Shown: positions 47,765 to 59,472, counted from the first letter of the stretch. The stretch is 64,000 nucleotides of DNA from Takakia lepidozioides (GCA_030704615.1 CM060731.1:47802001-47866000), one strand, 5' to 3'. Notes: a model not told the origin generated them from the sequence alone. Numbers and translations are program-made.

Positions 47765-50700
47765 TGCGCAATTGGGTTCTTGTTTTGCAGGACGAGATTT
47801 GATCCATACTGAGCTCCAAATAGCTGACCAATTTTTGTCGCGAAAGCCGTGAAGCTCCCATCTGGCTTCCCACTTAACCTTGAAGCATTGAAAGTTAGAA
47901 AGAGCTTTATAACCTTTCTTGGTGGTGAATGTGAAGAAAGGCTTTGGGGATCTCGCAAACTTCCAGGACCATTCCATACGGTCGATATCCATCTCTGCTA
48001 GCGGACGCCCCAAGATCCAAACAAAGGTATTTCCAGATAACCAACTCTTCAGAGGGGTCAAGAGGTCAGGTTTGGGGTCCCAAGGCCTACCCGGCATAGA
48101 CCAAGCGCAAATCCTTACTGGGGTTAGGGGAGTGGTAGGGATGTCCAGAGAGGAGGGAGATGCTAGAGAGAGAACCAATAAAATAGGGTCAATATTGAAG
48201 GCAATGACTGAGTGGCAAGAAGGGTTAGAGTCAGTGACATAAATGATACAGAGGCGGTTGTGGAGAATTACAAATGCCCATAGAGGGGGATTAGGATATG
48301 CAGGTCCAGCTCGAAGGGTACTTTGCCAGAGCGGGGGAACTGATTGGATGATGTCCTAGTAACCCTTTGCCACTCTGGCCGATCCGATAGTTGGGGGGAG
48401 GAGCTCCGGAGGTTTGAAGTCAGGTTCGTTCCAGGTATCAAAGATTTGACTGACTCCGAGAGTATCCCAGGCAGACCAGCGTCTTGTTTCTTTTTTTTGT
48501 TGGGGAGATGGGATATTGGTATTGATGAATAGATACTGCCTAAGAATCTCGTAGTACGAGACATGGTTAGATTTAATGAGGAAACGTCGAAATTTCCCCC
48601 AAGCCATCCAAATGTTTATCCATAGCCTGGAGCCCATAGGTTTAAGGTTGAATCCTTGAGTGATCCACCTGATGGAAGGCTTCTATTGGACAGCTTTCAA
48701 TGGAGACAAAAGGGCTATATTGTTAAACACCATGAATTTCCAAAGTCCCCCTTCCGGACCCAGAAATCTGGGGATCCACCTTGCTAGAAGAGTTGTTATC
48801 TAGGTATCTGGGTCTATGACTCCTAGATCACCTTTCTTTTTGGGACAACAGATTTGGGCCCAAGCCACTTGAGGCCTTTTCTTATTGGCCGAGTGCTCTG
48901 GCCCCCAGATAAAGTTCCTGGTAAGTCTCTTTGTCTCTTGAATTTGGGAGGAGTTGGGCTTCCAGGCAGCAGCAAAATACCATAGGCCAGCCTCCAAGAT
49001 CTGGTTGGCTACCAGGGCCCTCCCGGTTATAGTCAGGTGCCTGCTTCCCCACCGAGAGAGTCTGAGTTTTAGCTCAGAGATAATGGGTTTAAAAATCTGC
49101 TCGTCTAAGAGATCAATACCAGAGTTGTACCCTAATAGTATTATAGGTTCACCCGGTTTGAGCCATTTAAGACCCTGGTTATCACCCCAGGAAGGACTGA
49201 CCCCTATCATGGATGCAGATAGATACCCCACCAACAGAGCTGCCGTTTTGTTCCAATTCACCTTAAAGCTTGATGTAGAGCAAAAGGTGTTGAGGGTAGT
49301 GGAGGCTATGTCCAGATTTTGCTGATCTGCTTGAAGCATCAAGTAGGTATCATCTACAAATATAGAATCTGTTACTTGGATTTGCTGATGGGTGTTGTAG
49401 TTGGTGATCTTGAGGCCCTTTATTTTGCTGTTACACTGCAACATATAACCAAGGGAGTCTGCAACAATGAGAAAGAGGAATGGGGCTAGATGGCAGCCTT
49501 GGCGCACTGACCTCTGAAGGGGAAATGATTTGGATAGGTGACCATTCACTAAATTACCCTGCTTGAGGAGGTGACCAACAAAATTTTAACCCATTGGCAA
49601 AAGGATTGAGGGAAGCCGATTCTGTTGAGGGCTGCCAAAAGAAAGCTCCACTCCACTCTATCAAATGTTTTCTCGAAGTCCAAGAGCAAGAGAGCTATAG
49701 CTTGATTGGTTTTGAGAGCATAGTGAGGTAGCTCTTGGGCAAGCAAGAGGTTGTCCAGAATATGTCTACCCTTAATGAAGCCAGTTTGGTTTGGGCGGAT
49801 AAGAGAGGGAAGAAGAGGTTGCAGTCTGAGTGCTAGGGCCTTTGCTATGATTTTGTAGGCAACATTCAGCAATGTTATTGGCTGTAGTTAGAGATATTTG
49901 TTCTATCTCCTTTTTTGTAGAGAAGCGTAATGACCCCTTGAGACATCGAGGGGGGCATTGCACCAATAAGGAAAAGATTGTTGGCCATTTCCGAAAAATC
50001 ATCACTGATGTGTTGCCATAGGGCCTTGTAAAACTCAACCGGAATCCCATCCATTCTAGGGGATTTGTGGTTCTGAAGTTTATCAGAGCATCTCCCAGCT
50101 CAAGGGTTGAGAATTCCCCTTCCAAAACAGAAGCTGTCTGAGGCGACAGGATCCTTGGGGTGTTCTGGAGGCATTCAACCTGGATAGGGGATGGGGAGAG
50201 GTCAACCGACTCAGTCTGGAACAGCCGGCTAAAGTGAGCTGCGGACAAAGCTGCCATACCTCTGGGGGTGGTGGCAGTCAAACCACTGGACTGGTCTACT
50301 AACTCGGAGATGTATTGAGATGCCCTTCTCAATCTGGTTTTATCGAAAAAATACTTAGACATTTTCTCACCTTTGGTTGACCAATTAACTCCGGCTTGCA
50401 GTTTCCATTTTCTCTCCAGTAACTTATAGTGAATATCCAAGTTATTCCTGGCTTCCACATAAGTAGTGAAGGTGTGTGCTTATCGCAGCGGGGGGATTCC
50501 ATTCGTTTCTGACAAGCCGCTAAACATTTGGTAAGGGCTTTCACTTTTCTTTTTCGTGAGGCGCTGACTTGTTGTATTGACAGCTCTCAATTTTTGATAG
50601 GAACCTTTCAGTGGGGTTTTGTGCCTGCGAGGCTGCTTGTCTCCAGGAATTGAGGAGCTCTTGTTTGACAGCGGGGAGCTTGAGGATCAGACTATTGAGT

Positions 50701-51180
50701 TTATATAGGCCTCTGCCCCTCCTCTGTGCTGAGGGAATGGAAACTGAGAGAGAAATGGGGGCATGATCAAAGCCTAGGGGAATAGGGTCTTGGAGGCCCC
50801 TTTTTTACCATTGCACCAGATCGAGAGAGACATATGCTCTATCAAGACGGGCCATTCTGAGGTCCCCCAAGGATCTATCGTTCGACCAGGTGAATGAGAG
50901 ATTGGAGCTTTGCTGCGAGGGGGAACTTACCTCAGTTAAATTGTGGTTCTGGACATAAGAGAGCCAGCAGTCCATCTCGGCCAGATTAGGTGAGAATTTT
51001 TCATTACCCCGCCTATCCTCCTGGTTGATCATATTGAAATCTCCAGCAAGGATCCAACTATCTACCGAGACTTCCTCTATCATCTTATTGTTAAGAAAGG
51101 TCCAGAAGTCCCTTCTATCAATAGAAGAGTTAGGGGCGTAAATATTCAGGAGTCCTATGGTTCCAGAGCTATTGGGGAAT
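47765..51180 (-). mobile_element. L1 LINE ORF2 remnant: C-terminal half of EN, RT and zf-RVT region; many stops and frameshifts
   Basis: GLLNIYAPN...WILAGDFNMI...FTWSN...ARLDRAY; LLNVAYKIIAKALALRL...NQTGFIKGRHILDN...LDFEKTFDRVEWSFL; SVRQGCHLAPFLF...IFVDDT; CCPKKKGDLGVID. Confidence 0.92.
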
Positions 51181-51963
51181 TTTCTCCATTGCATTTGAGA
51201 CTAAGGAAGCAGCAACACAAGCTCTCTGTTTAATCCTCACACCAAAGGGTTCAATGTCAATATCTTTCCCTGGTTTGGGAACTGCAATGGGAAGAAATGG
51301 AGTCCTAGAATTATCTCAATTCCCTACATTCCAGACCAGTACCTGGCTAATCTACCTGATATAGCAAACCATTTTGGATCCTACTTGGGTTGCATGTCTG
51401 TTTTTGATCCTAATGTGCACTCGAAATTTGCGCCAGGACCCGGCATGGAGGACGAGGTTTACTATTTCATGAGCCCATGAGCCCATGAGCCTATGAGCCT
51501 AGGAGCTCATGAGCAGGCATCCGCGGAATTGGAATTTTCGTGCCTTTATTGACGGTGTTATGTCCTCATACCTTGATAATAGGGTCTGTTTCTCCTGGTC
51601 GAGGATGCGGAATGAGGTATTTCGGCGCCGTTATTCCACGTCACCACCGTAATACATTGTGCAGGACAGGAAATAGACACAAAATTGTAGCCCTCACAAG
51701 CCATTGTGCTGACAAGGTAATATATTTAGGGTCAGACGACAATTCAACTTGCAAACCCCAACATCAAGCCCACATTGACATGACAGAAAATTGCCATAGA
51801 CGCTCGAAATAAAAACATCAGGCAACCACAAGTTTTTATTTTATACAGCGACTACTCCGAGCTTCCATCATCAGAAATACCACTGCAGCATAAGAAACCT
51901 GTGGAACTACCATATCCCGGAGCCTGTGCCCTCCAATCACCCTCCACAATGATCCTTACCGCG

Positions 51964-52416
51964 CTATGCTGCTGCATTGACATCCACAACACGAACCACC
52001 GAGTCGTCGAACCACAGGTCCAGAATTAGGAGTGGTGCGGTAGTCGTCCACTGCGCATTGCCGTTTTCTGGATTAAGATGGCGAACATAAAGATACAAGA
52101 TATCTGTAGAGATCACGTTCGTGAAAACATGCAGATATTGGAGGCCTCCCATTGGGACCTCCTCCACAACGTCGTGAAATTCGCAAACATCCAGGACAAA
52201 CCTGTTCCGATTCTCCCTTAGTTTCAACAATATATTCCCTGGCCCAGAAGAGTGAGTGAGCAACTCAAGAGCCCTATCCGGAAGCAAATACTGTGGAGAT
52301 GCAGTATAGTTATGGTAGTAAGACCTCCAGAACTCGCTGCAGCAACATCTCATGATGAAGAGACGAACACTTCGTCTTCCAGGTATCTCGCACAACAAGT
52401 ATCCACTGTTGTCCAC
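51964..52416 (-). CDS. Unknown 150-aa ORF inside the element
   Basis: Open, globular-looking frame with no recognised motif. Confidence 0.35.
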   Translation of the reverse strand: MDNSGYLLCEIPGRRSVRLFIMRCCCSEFWRSYYHNYTASPQYLLPDRALELLTHSSGPGNILLKLRENRNRFVLDVCEFHDVVEEVPMGGLQYLHVFTNVISTDILYLYVRHLNPENGNAQWTTTAPLLILDLWFDDSVVRVVDVNAAA

Positions 52417-53943
52417 TGGCAGGCCTCACCCAAAGAGAATCCCACAGAAGTGCTCGGAAACTCGTCACCCTGCGTGTAGCTTCACTGAAGTCCAACTCCA
52501 CCATAATGTCTCCCATCACCGGCTCACGCAATCGCGATCCTCGAATCCCGCTCCGTCGAATGCAGAAGGCATTTACACAGGGCGGCATTGAGGAAGTGTG
52601 CGCCCACTGGGAATGGAGAGGGACAAGTAATCACTGTTGTTTTTCAACACGGAGATGCAAACATTGAAAACCCAATGCGGAACACCCTCTCACGTGATCT
52701 TCTGTGTGGCAACGGCAATACGTGCCCCCATTGGCCGGCAACGGCTATCCACACATGCGATCGAAAATGACTGGGGCTAGAAGGGGCTTGACAGAGAAGG
52801 TGCCACGACATTATGGGAAGAAATTGTGCTAAAACCACCGGCATCCTGAAACCACCGACCTTGGTATTTCGGCGCCGAAATTCCCTTTTGAAATGTGATA
52901 TACTGGCGTATTTTATGGCGCAGAGCGGGCTATTTCGGCGCCGAAATACCCAAGTGGAATGTGCTGAATTGCCTTGTGCTGAAGGCTTCCATCGTGATAT
53001 TTTGGTACAGTAATTCCTACGTGGAATTTAATAAGGCCCATATTATGAAGGCGCACACTGGGCTATTTCGGCGTCGAAATTCCCAATAGGAATGTTAGAA
53101 ACGGCAGGGTTTTCAAGGCTTCAAGTTCGCGGTTCGCTAGTGTGCATAAATTACTTATAGGGTTCTTTACTTAACTTTGCGTCTCTTCTGCTTTTATTAT
53201 TACATTGTGGTTTGCGGAAGAAATGTAGGGAATCGGACATGCAGTCTGAACACAATGATTTCAGAAATCGTCAATATTTTCATTAAGTGTTTCAGAACTG
53301 TACAACAAAAGAATCCAAATGAGACTTTGTTATGGCGAGGATCCGCGATCACTGTCCGATGCATCCCCGGCCTCATACAAGGATGGTTGCCTTCCACCTG
53401 CCTCCGAACCTGCACTGCCGCTACCGCTGTTACTCTGAGAAGTCATCCCCTAAAAAATACCATCCTCACCAGCTGGAACTGTCCACCTGGGTGCGGAACT
53501 GTCCTCATCATCCCCCTCGCTCTCACACGCGGATTCTATGACGAACTTGCCTACTCTACCTTTCACAATTCCATGTTTGGCCTCACGCCTCATTATAATT
53601 CTCTGCTCATTCCCGAATATCAATTGCTCAAACCGAGTAGGCATATCCTCCCTCCTGATGGCTTCTCTGGCAACCGTGTCTACATAGGCTGGTAGAAAAA
53701 AGGGCTTCTGGGGACTCGCGAGAAACGATTTTCTGGCAAAGAATGGCCGATGCAATTCTGTCTCCTCCTCTGCAACAGGGTCCGATTCGGGCAAGTCTCC
53801 CAGCATTTCCTCGTCGGACGACTCTGCAAGGCTGAGTGTACGCACAAACATAGAATGAAGCACATTAGAACATTCAAATAGGGAATCATCGGCACGTTGC
53901 ATGGTCCCTACAACCGAAACCAATACACTTACTATGGTGCAAC

Positions 53944-55453
53944 TCACTCGAAAACAGGCATTGCAGGAAGCGGCTTCGGGCGCCCCTGCATTGGACGAAT
54001 TTCCTGGACTTCCTCCTCCTCTTCTTCCTCCTCCCCTTCCACGTCCTCTTCTGCGTTGTTGGGATCCTCAGTCGGGGGCAGACGCTGTAGGCCCGCCAAT
54101 TTGAAATCGTACGAGGTCGTATCCCCCTCAAATGAGAACACAAATCGGTTGGACATCCTTCCCGCCCACATACAGGCACCTGCGAATTCATACGACACAA
54201 CCACAACCAAAGTCAAGAGTGACTCGCTTCCATGCGCAAGCAAACAAAGACAATCGGAAACGGTGTCAATTTAGGTGCCGCAATCACTTAACGCTCTCAC
54301 CTATATTAGCAGTGACATCGAGGACCCTGCCTTCAACATCCGTACACGTTTCCATGAGCGTCTGGCTGACTACAGGACTCCTGGTCCTGCCATACCTTCA
54401 AGGCTTGCCTGACAAATCACAAAGCATGTCCTTCTCTCCCACATGGTTGAACATGATGTTATACTCCAGTGGATCAACTGTGGGATCAACAAGTCTGCCT
54501 GCTTGACGTAATTTGAATTTCGAATGTTCCTTCACGAAGCAGAATGCCTGAAAGATAAGAGTCTGCAAAGAAGGAAAGGAGAACGTGAGAGGTGGCCTAC
54601 ACGTACATGGGCAATTTCGGCGCAGAAATTGGCAGAACAGAGGAGAACCGCAGCATACCTTTTGACCATCGTTGAGAAGACCTTGCGTGTTGATGCAAGT
54701 CCAGATCTTTTTCAGGATGGGTGCTGCACTTCTCCCCGTCCATACTTTGATATCATTCTCAGTGATTTCTCCATCGGCTGCTAGAACAACAACACAGCCG
54801 TCGTCGTCCAATATGTTGGTTGCGAACCCGAATGTGTGGCTCCAGTATCTTTCGTCGTACTTGTTCCACCAGGGTAGTGAGCCCAGCCCCAATATCTCCT
54901 GCCCATTCGGAATATCCACAAGGATCATGTCGATGGAGGCTTTCACCGCCCTGCCCCCGACTGAGCTCTTTTTGCCGTGGCTCATCGCCAATACTCCATC
55001 ATCTTTGTGTAGCCGAGAGTGTCCTCGATATCATTGCCAGTGGCCTTCCTCTTCCCCTTCCCCTGGTGGGCCTCGATCGCCTTCCTCAATCTCGTTTTCT
55101 CCAGCCTTCTGGTCAGAGCAGTTAGGAAATTTTCATTAACACACTCCACAATTGTGGGTGTTTTGAGGACTTCCCTGCCCGCAATGTGCACCGCACGATA
55201 GGGTTTGCCAGGTGCATCCTCATATAGTGATCTCTTCGCAGCCGAACCCCCGGAGCGCTGGCCCTTGTGAATTTTCGGACGAGGTGAGGCCCCCTGGGTG
55301 TTATCCTGCTGGAAATCGTCGTCGGAATCCTCGTCATCAGGCTGACTATGTTGCTACTTCTTCTTCTTGGGTGTGGGGGTCTTCGTCTCTTGCCCCTGTT
55401 TGCGCGTGGGTGCCCCAAATTTCTTGTAGTCTCATTGGGGTTGGGTACCCATT
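53944..55453 (-). pseudogene. Permuted (beta-class) N6-adenine/N4-cytosine DNA methyltransferase-like domain. Exons ~55453-54659, 54562-54301, 54179-53944
   Basis: Motif IV-like SIDMILVDIPNG precedes motif X/I-like KP*RYGRTRSPVVSQTLMETCTDVEGRVLDVTANI|GACMWAGRMSNRFVFSFEGD (cf. VLDPFxGSG...GR...E.D). GT-AG introns in phase; stop at 54398-54400, probably TGG>TGA. Confidence 0.65.
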
Positions 55454-55646
55454 CAATACATATGGTTATTTTTTCCACTTTCTAATGCATTGTCGGCTTT
55501 CCTCGCCCGGAAAAAAAGAACAGAAAAAAGGCAAATCACAAATTACTTTGTAGAAGTTGTTTTCCACACGATTCCACGCAAGTTATTTTCCACGCGTGGA
55601 AGTTATTTTCCTAAGCGTGGAATTGATACAGACATCCCAGCATAGG

Positions 55647-57412
55647 AAATTCCAAAGGAAGTTGGTGACGAAATAAAGGACCTCCAGCCGACATACAAAG
55701 GAAAACTGAGCCCCATCGGCCCTTTCTTCATCGGAAATTCCAGAGCACTTTCCAAAGGAAGTTGGTGACGAAATAAAGGACCTCCAGCCGACATACAAAG
55801 GAAAACTGAGCCCCATCAGTCTTTAAAAAAATAAAAATAAAAAAAATAAAAATCTTTTTGACAAATATATTTTACTACCTATTGCTACCTTAGTATGAGT
55901 TCCCTTTTTTTATTCCTGCCTCTAATATAATCTACCACCAAATTGGAAATCAACTGATGAGCAAGCGACTTGGGGCCGTGAGTTACAAGGGGATAACCAA
56001 CACCCACACCATAAGTCCACCGGGTAGTGTGGTCGGGATTTGTAACATAGCCAGGCAACAAATGCCAGAGCATTAAGTGAGTCGTTCAATATTCGGCTAG
56101 TCTTTTAATACAACATAAAAAAGCCTTAAAGAGCAATGGGCTCTCTTGTAACATAAAAGGAAGGTAAGACTAGGGAGCATGTAGGACCTCCAGCCGACAT
56201 ACAAAGGAAACTGAGCCCCATCAGCCCTTTCTTTTATTTCTTTTTATTCTTTTTGACAAATATATTTTACTACCTATTGCTACCTTAGTATGAGTTCTTT
56301 TTTTTATTCCTGCCTCTAATATAATCTACCACCAAATTGGAAATCAACTGATGAGGAAGCGACTTGGGGGACTTGGGGCCGTGAGTTACAAGGGGATAAC
56401 CAACACCCACACCATAAGTCCACCGGGTAGTGTGGTCGGCGGGATTTGTAACATAGCCAAGCAACAAATGCGAGAGCATTAACCCTTAAGTTCCCAAGCG
56501 ACCTGAATTGGGTCACTTTGAATTTGCAGTTCGACCTAATTTTTGCAGATCTAATCTGATGGGGCCCACTCCTGAAGCTTTAATGACAAGGGATTTGTCT
56601 CGAGTATGATGTAAAAAACAAAATTAAATAAAAACAGAAGCTTCCACCTACAAAAAATATCTTAGATCTCTCATTTACGTTTTGGGGCCTGAAAATGGCT
56701 TGTTGACCGTTGACGTGGTAGGTAAACAAGCCCAAAACAGATTGCACTCCAAAGCCCATTTTTGGCATAAAATTAGCAATTTTGGAAAAAGCACTTCACA
56801 TTGTGGTGTGTGAGCATTACATACACACATCCACCATTGGCTTTTAAAATTTTTGTAGAAAAAAAGTACTTCATTTGGAGGCACATTTTCTCTTGTCAAT
56901 TTTGAGATTTCAACCCCCATGTAATTGCATGAATAGCAACCAAGGGTGAAAAATCAGTTGGACCTGCAATTTAGAGGGGTCATAGTCACTCCACTATTGA
57001 TTTGGAAATGGTGGGTCTTGGGGCAAGCAAAATTGGATAAAGCTAGGTTTTGATTTGGTCAAACCAATTTCTTTCTCACTTTTTATTTGGGACCTGATAT
57101 TTGAGGTCCGGGCCAACGCTATAATTTCACAATTTCCACGTTGGACTTGGCTCCTTTTTTGGTATGTCATGCATAAATGAGCTGGGCCCATTGCTATAAG
57201 GCTGGAATCTCTGGATGATTTTTGGAAGGTTTCTAGGGGCAATTTACTGCAGCTGGGTACCCAAAATTGGTAAAAAGTCAAAAAAGGGCTTGGGAACTTA
57301 AGGGTTAAGTGAGTATTTCAATATTCGGCTAGTCTTTTCATACAACATAAACAAGCCTTAAAGAGCAATGGGCTCTCTTGTAACATAAAAGGAAGGTAAG
57401 ACTAGGGAGCAT
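55647..57412. repeat. Tandem duplications: ~100-bp unit (55647-55818) and ~405-bp unit (55779-56182 and 56184-57412, the second interrupted by an insertion)
   Basis: GGACCTCCAGCCGACATACAAAGG occurs three times; the long unit ends GACTAGGGAGCATG in both copies. Confidence 0.9.
56483..57304. mobile_element. Non-autonomous piggyBac-like element (822 bp)
   Basis: TTAA|CCCTTAAGTTCCCAAGC ... GCTTGGGAACTTAAGGG|TTAA: perfect 17-bp TIR. The empty site GAGCATTAAGTGAGT is in the sister repeat at ~56068-56082. Confidence 0.92.
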
Positions 57413-57619
57413 GACTTAACAACGACGAGGTGTAAGGGCCTTTGACCACAATTTCTCCATTGACCTCAACATGATGCGGTCTCTCTCTCTACCTTTTGAG
57501 CCAATAATTAAATGAGAGAGTCCTTCTGCAGGAGTTGCATAAAATCTTAGTGCATTCGGACGTGCAGCTACCTTTGTATCTTCGAACAAAACCTGGTTGT
57601 CAAGTTTTGTCTCAGCCTA

Positions 57620-58100
57620 GGCCACCCGGTTTGTACCGGTGTTGTTCTGGTATCAGGTTTAGGACATACCATTCGTGGTACTACACGTATTACAAAGCTT
57701 TCGTACCAGATGGTCTATATAATGGTGGATGTAAATTTTCCAGATACTGGTATGAGTATGAGTATCATGACCACAATACCAGCTGGTATGAGATATCTCA
57801 AAAGCCATCGCTGAATTACAAGTTTATCAAACAACAAGTATCAAGTAAATACAAAGAAGTAAATATACATAAGTACAAGTATGTAGGCATATGTACACAT
57901 AAACTAATATAGTACACATACCAGAGTAAATGAGGAAGAGGGCAGGGGAGTGCTGGTATTGTGGCTGGTATGAAAAAACGGATACCAGCCTTGTCTGGTA
58001 TATGACCAAGTATTCTCCCATTGATACCAGACTTGGTCTGGTGTCTAATACCAGTGCATATACCAGTACCTACTACCAGTCCTTCACTGGTTTGTACCCC
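57620..58100. repeat. MITE-like segment rich in ATACCAG/CTGGTAT motifs
   Basis: Many ATACCAG copies in both orientations; a similar motif cluster lies at 29520-29720. Termini not resolved. Confidence 0.4.
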
Positions 58101-59472
58101 CTACACTTGTCTTCTACCCCCTACGGATTTACGCCTCACTTTGGATGACAGTGTTCATCAATGTGGACGGGTCCCGTCGGCTAAGTGACGGAGGACTGCG
58201 CCGTTCGGGCCTAGGAGCGTCCGCCCGGCGACGTCACTTCTGTCGTTTCTGACGCTTTCCATCCGTCGTTTTGTCCCACGGCCATCAAGTCAATTCTTCG
58301 CCATGCCGGACAAATTTGACGTGGCCGAGAGATGGATTTCATTCATTCACGTGTGTAGAATTCGTTCATTCTCTGCGCAGGCAGGGATGCCGTCAATGAA
58401 TATCATTCATCCACTGTCTGCTGTAAAAGCGCACTAGCTCCAAAAATGATCCCGCCCTGATACTACAACACTGCAGTCATTATTACCATTATGACCACCA
58501 AAAGCAAATATATCATGATTTATTGTTATTATTGTTATTATCTACTCTAGTATCCACCCCCTGCTATAAAGTAAACATATTTTCAAAAAAAAAAAAAAGT
58601 ATCCACAGTTCTCCTTCCACTTTTCCGCACTCGTAATGGATTTTGCCCGCCTAGTATGGCGTATTTGGAGGAGGATTAAAAAGCAGAATTCTACGCCTAA
58701 TGCCACTCGCACATTATGCCATTTGCACTAGCACATTATGAAACATAGTGTGCTTCATTAGGACTTGCAGGCCAATGAGAGGGCGGCAGACGCAATCCTT
58801 TACGTTATGGAATGGGCCGCAACATGCCATTATGGCGATTTCGGTGGCTCCGGCTTGCCACCACTTACCTACCACAATGTCATGTTGCGGCCCATTCCGT
58901 AGTAAACATCCCAAGGCCCGCTTCCGGGGGACCGTTCCCGACATATAAACATAATGGCAAGGTGTGAGGCCCATTCTAAGGTACATTAGTTCCAGTACAT
59001 TTGGTAAGCAATGGTAGAAATTTTGGAAGAATAGTGATTTGCGGGCCGAAAATGGTGAAAGGGACAAAGCCCAAAATTGTCTAAACGGGGAAAAATAACC
59101 TCCAAGACAATTCCACTTTCCAAATGAGGAAGAGCTGAAGGTCTCCCTCAACTCAAAAAAGAAAATTACTTAAAAAAAGAAAAAGAGGAAGAGCTGAAAT
59201 TGAGACACCTAATGTAATAAGAGAGTGATGATAATAATAATAGTAATGGGGGAGGACAGGAGCAGAAAAGGTGGCAGGAGGAGAGAGACGATGGCAGACG
59301 AGAGAGAGACAGGGAGAGAGAGAGAGAGAGAGAGAGGGAGGGGGATTGAAGAGGGGGGCAGGCCGCACGAGCGAGGGGAGAGGGATGGAGAGAGGGCTCA
59401 AGGCTGCACCACGCATCGCCATAGCTGAGGGGCTGCGCGGCCCACTGCAGGGCTTGCGTGGGAGTCCCACTC

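Larger units (their letters stand above)
51540..55453 (-). mobile_element. Inverted right part of the same palindrome-bearing element (MTase-like gene plus unknown ORFs)
   Basis: The same 16-bp palindrome occurs at 51619, 52866, 52932, 53065 and inside the intron at 54614. Confidence 0.7.

Noticed and set aside
38795-55000. Bacterial or phage contamination as the source of ParB and MTase
   Set aside because: Both genes have in-phase GT-AG introns and are interleaved with plant retroelements.
55464-59100. Possible TIR pair GGTTATTTTT(T)CC ... GGAAAAATAACC defining a MULE-like element
   Set aside because: Only ~12 bp match clearly and there is no convincing TSD.
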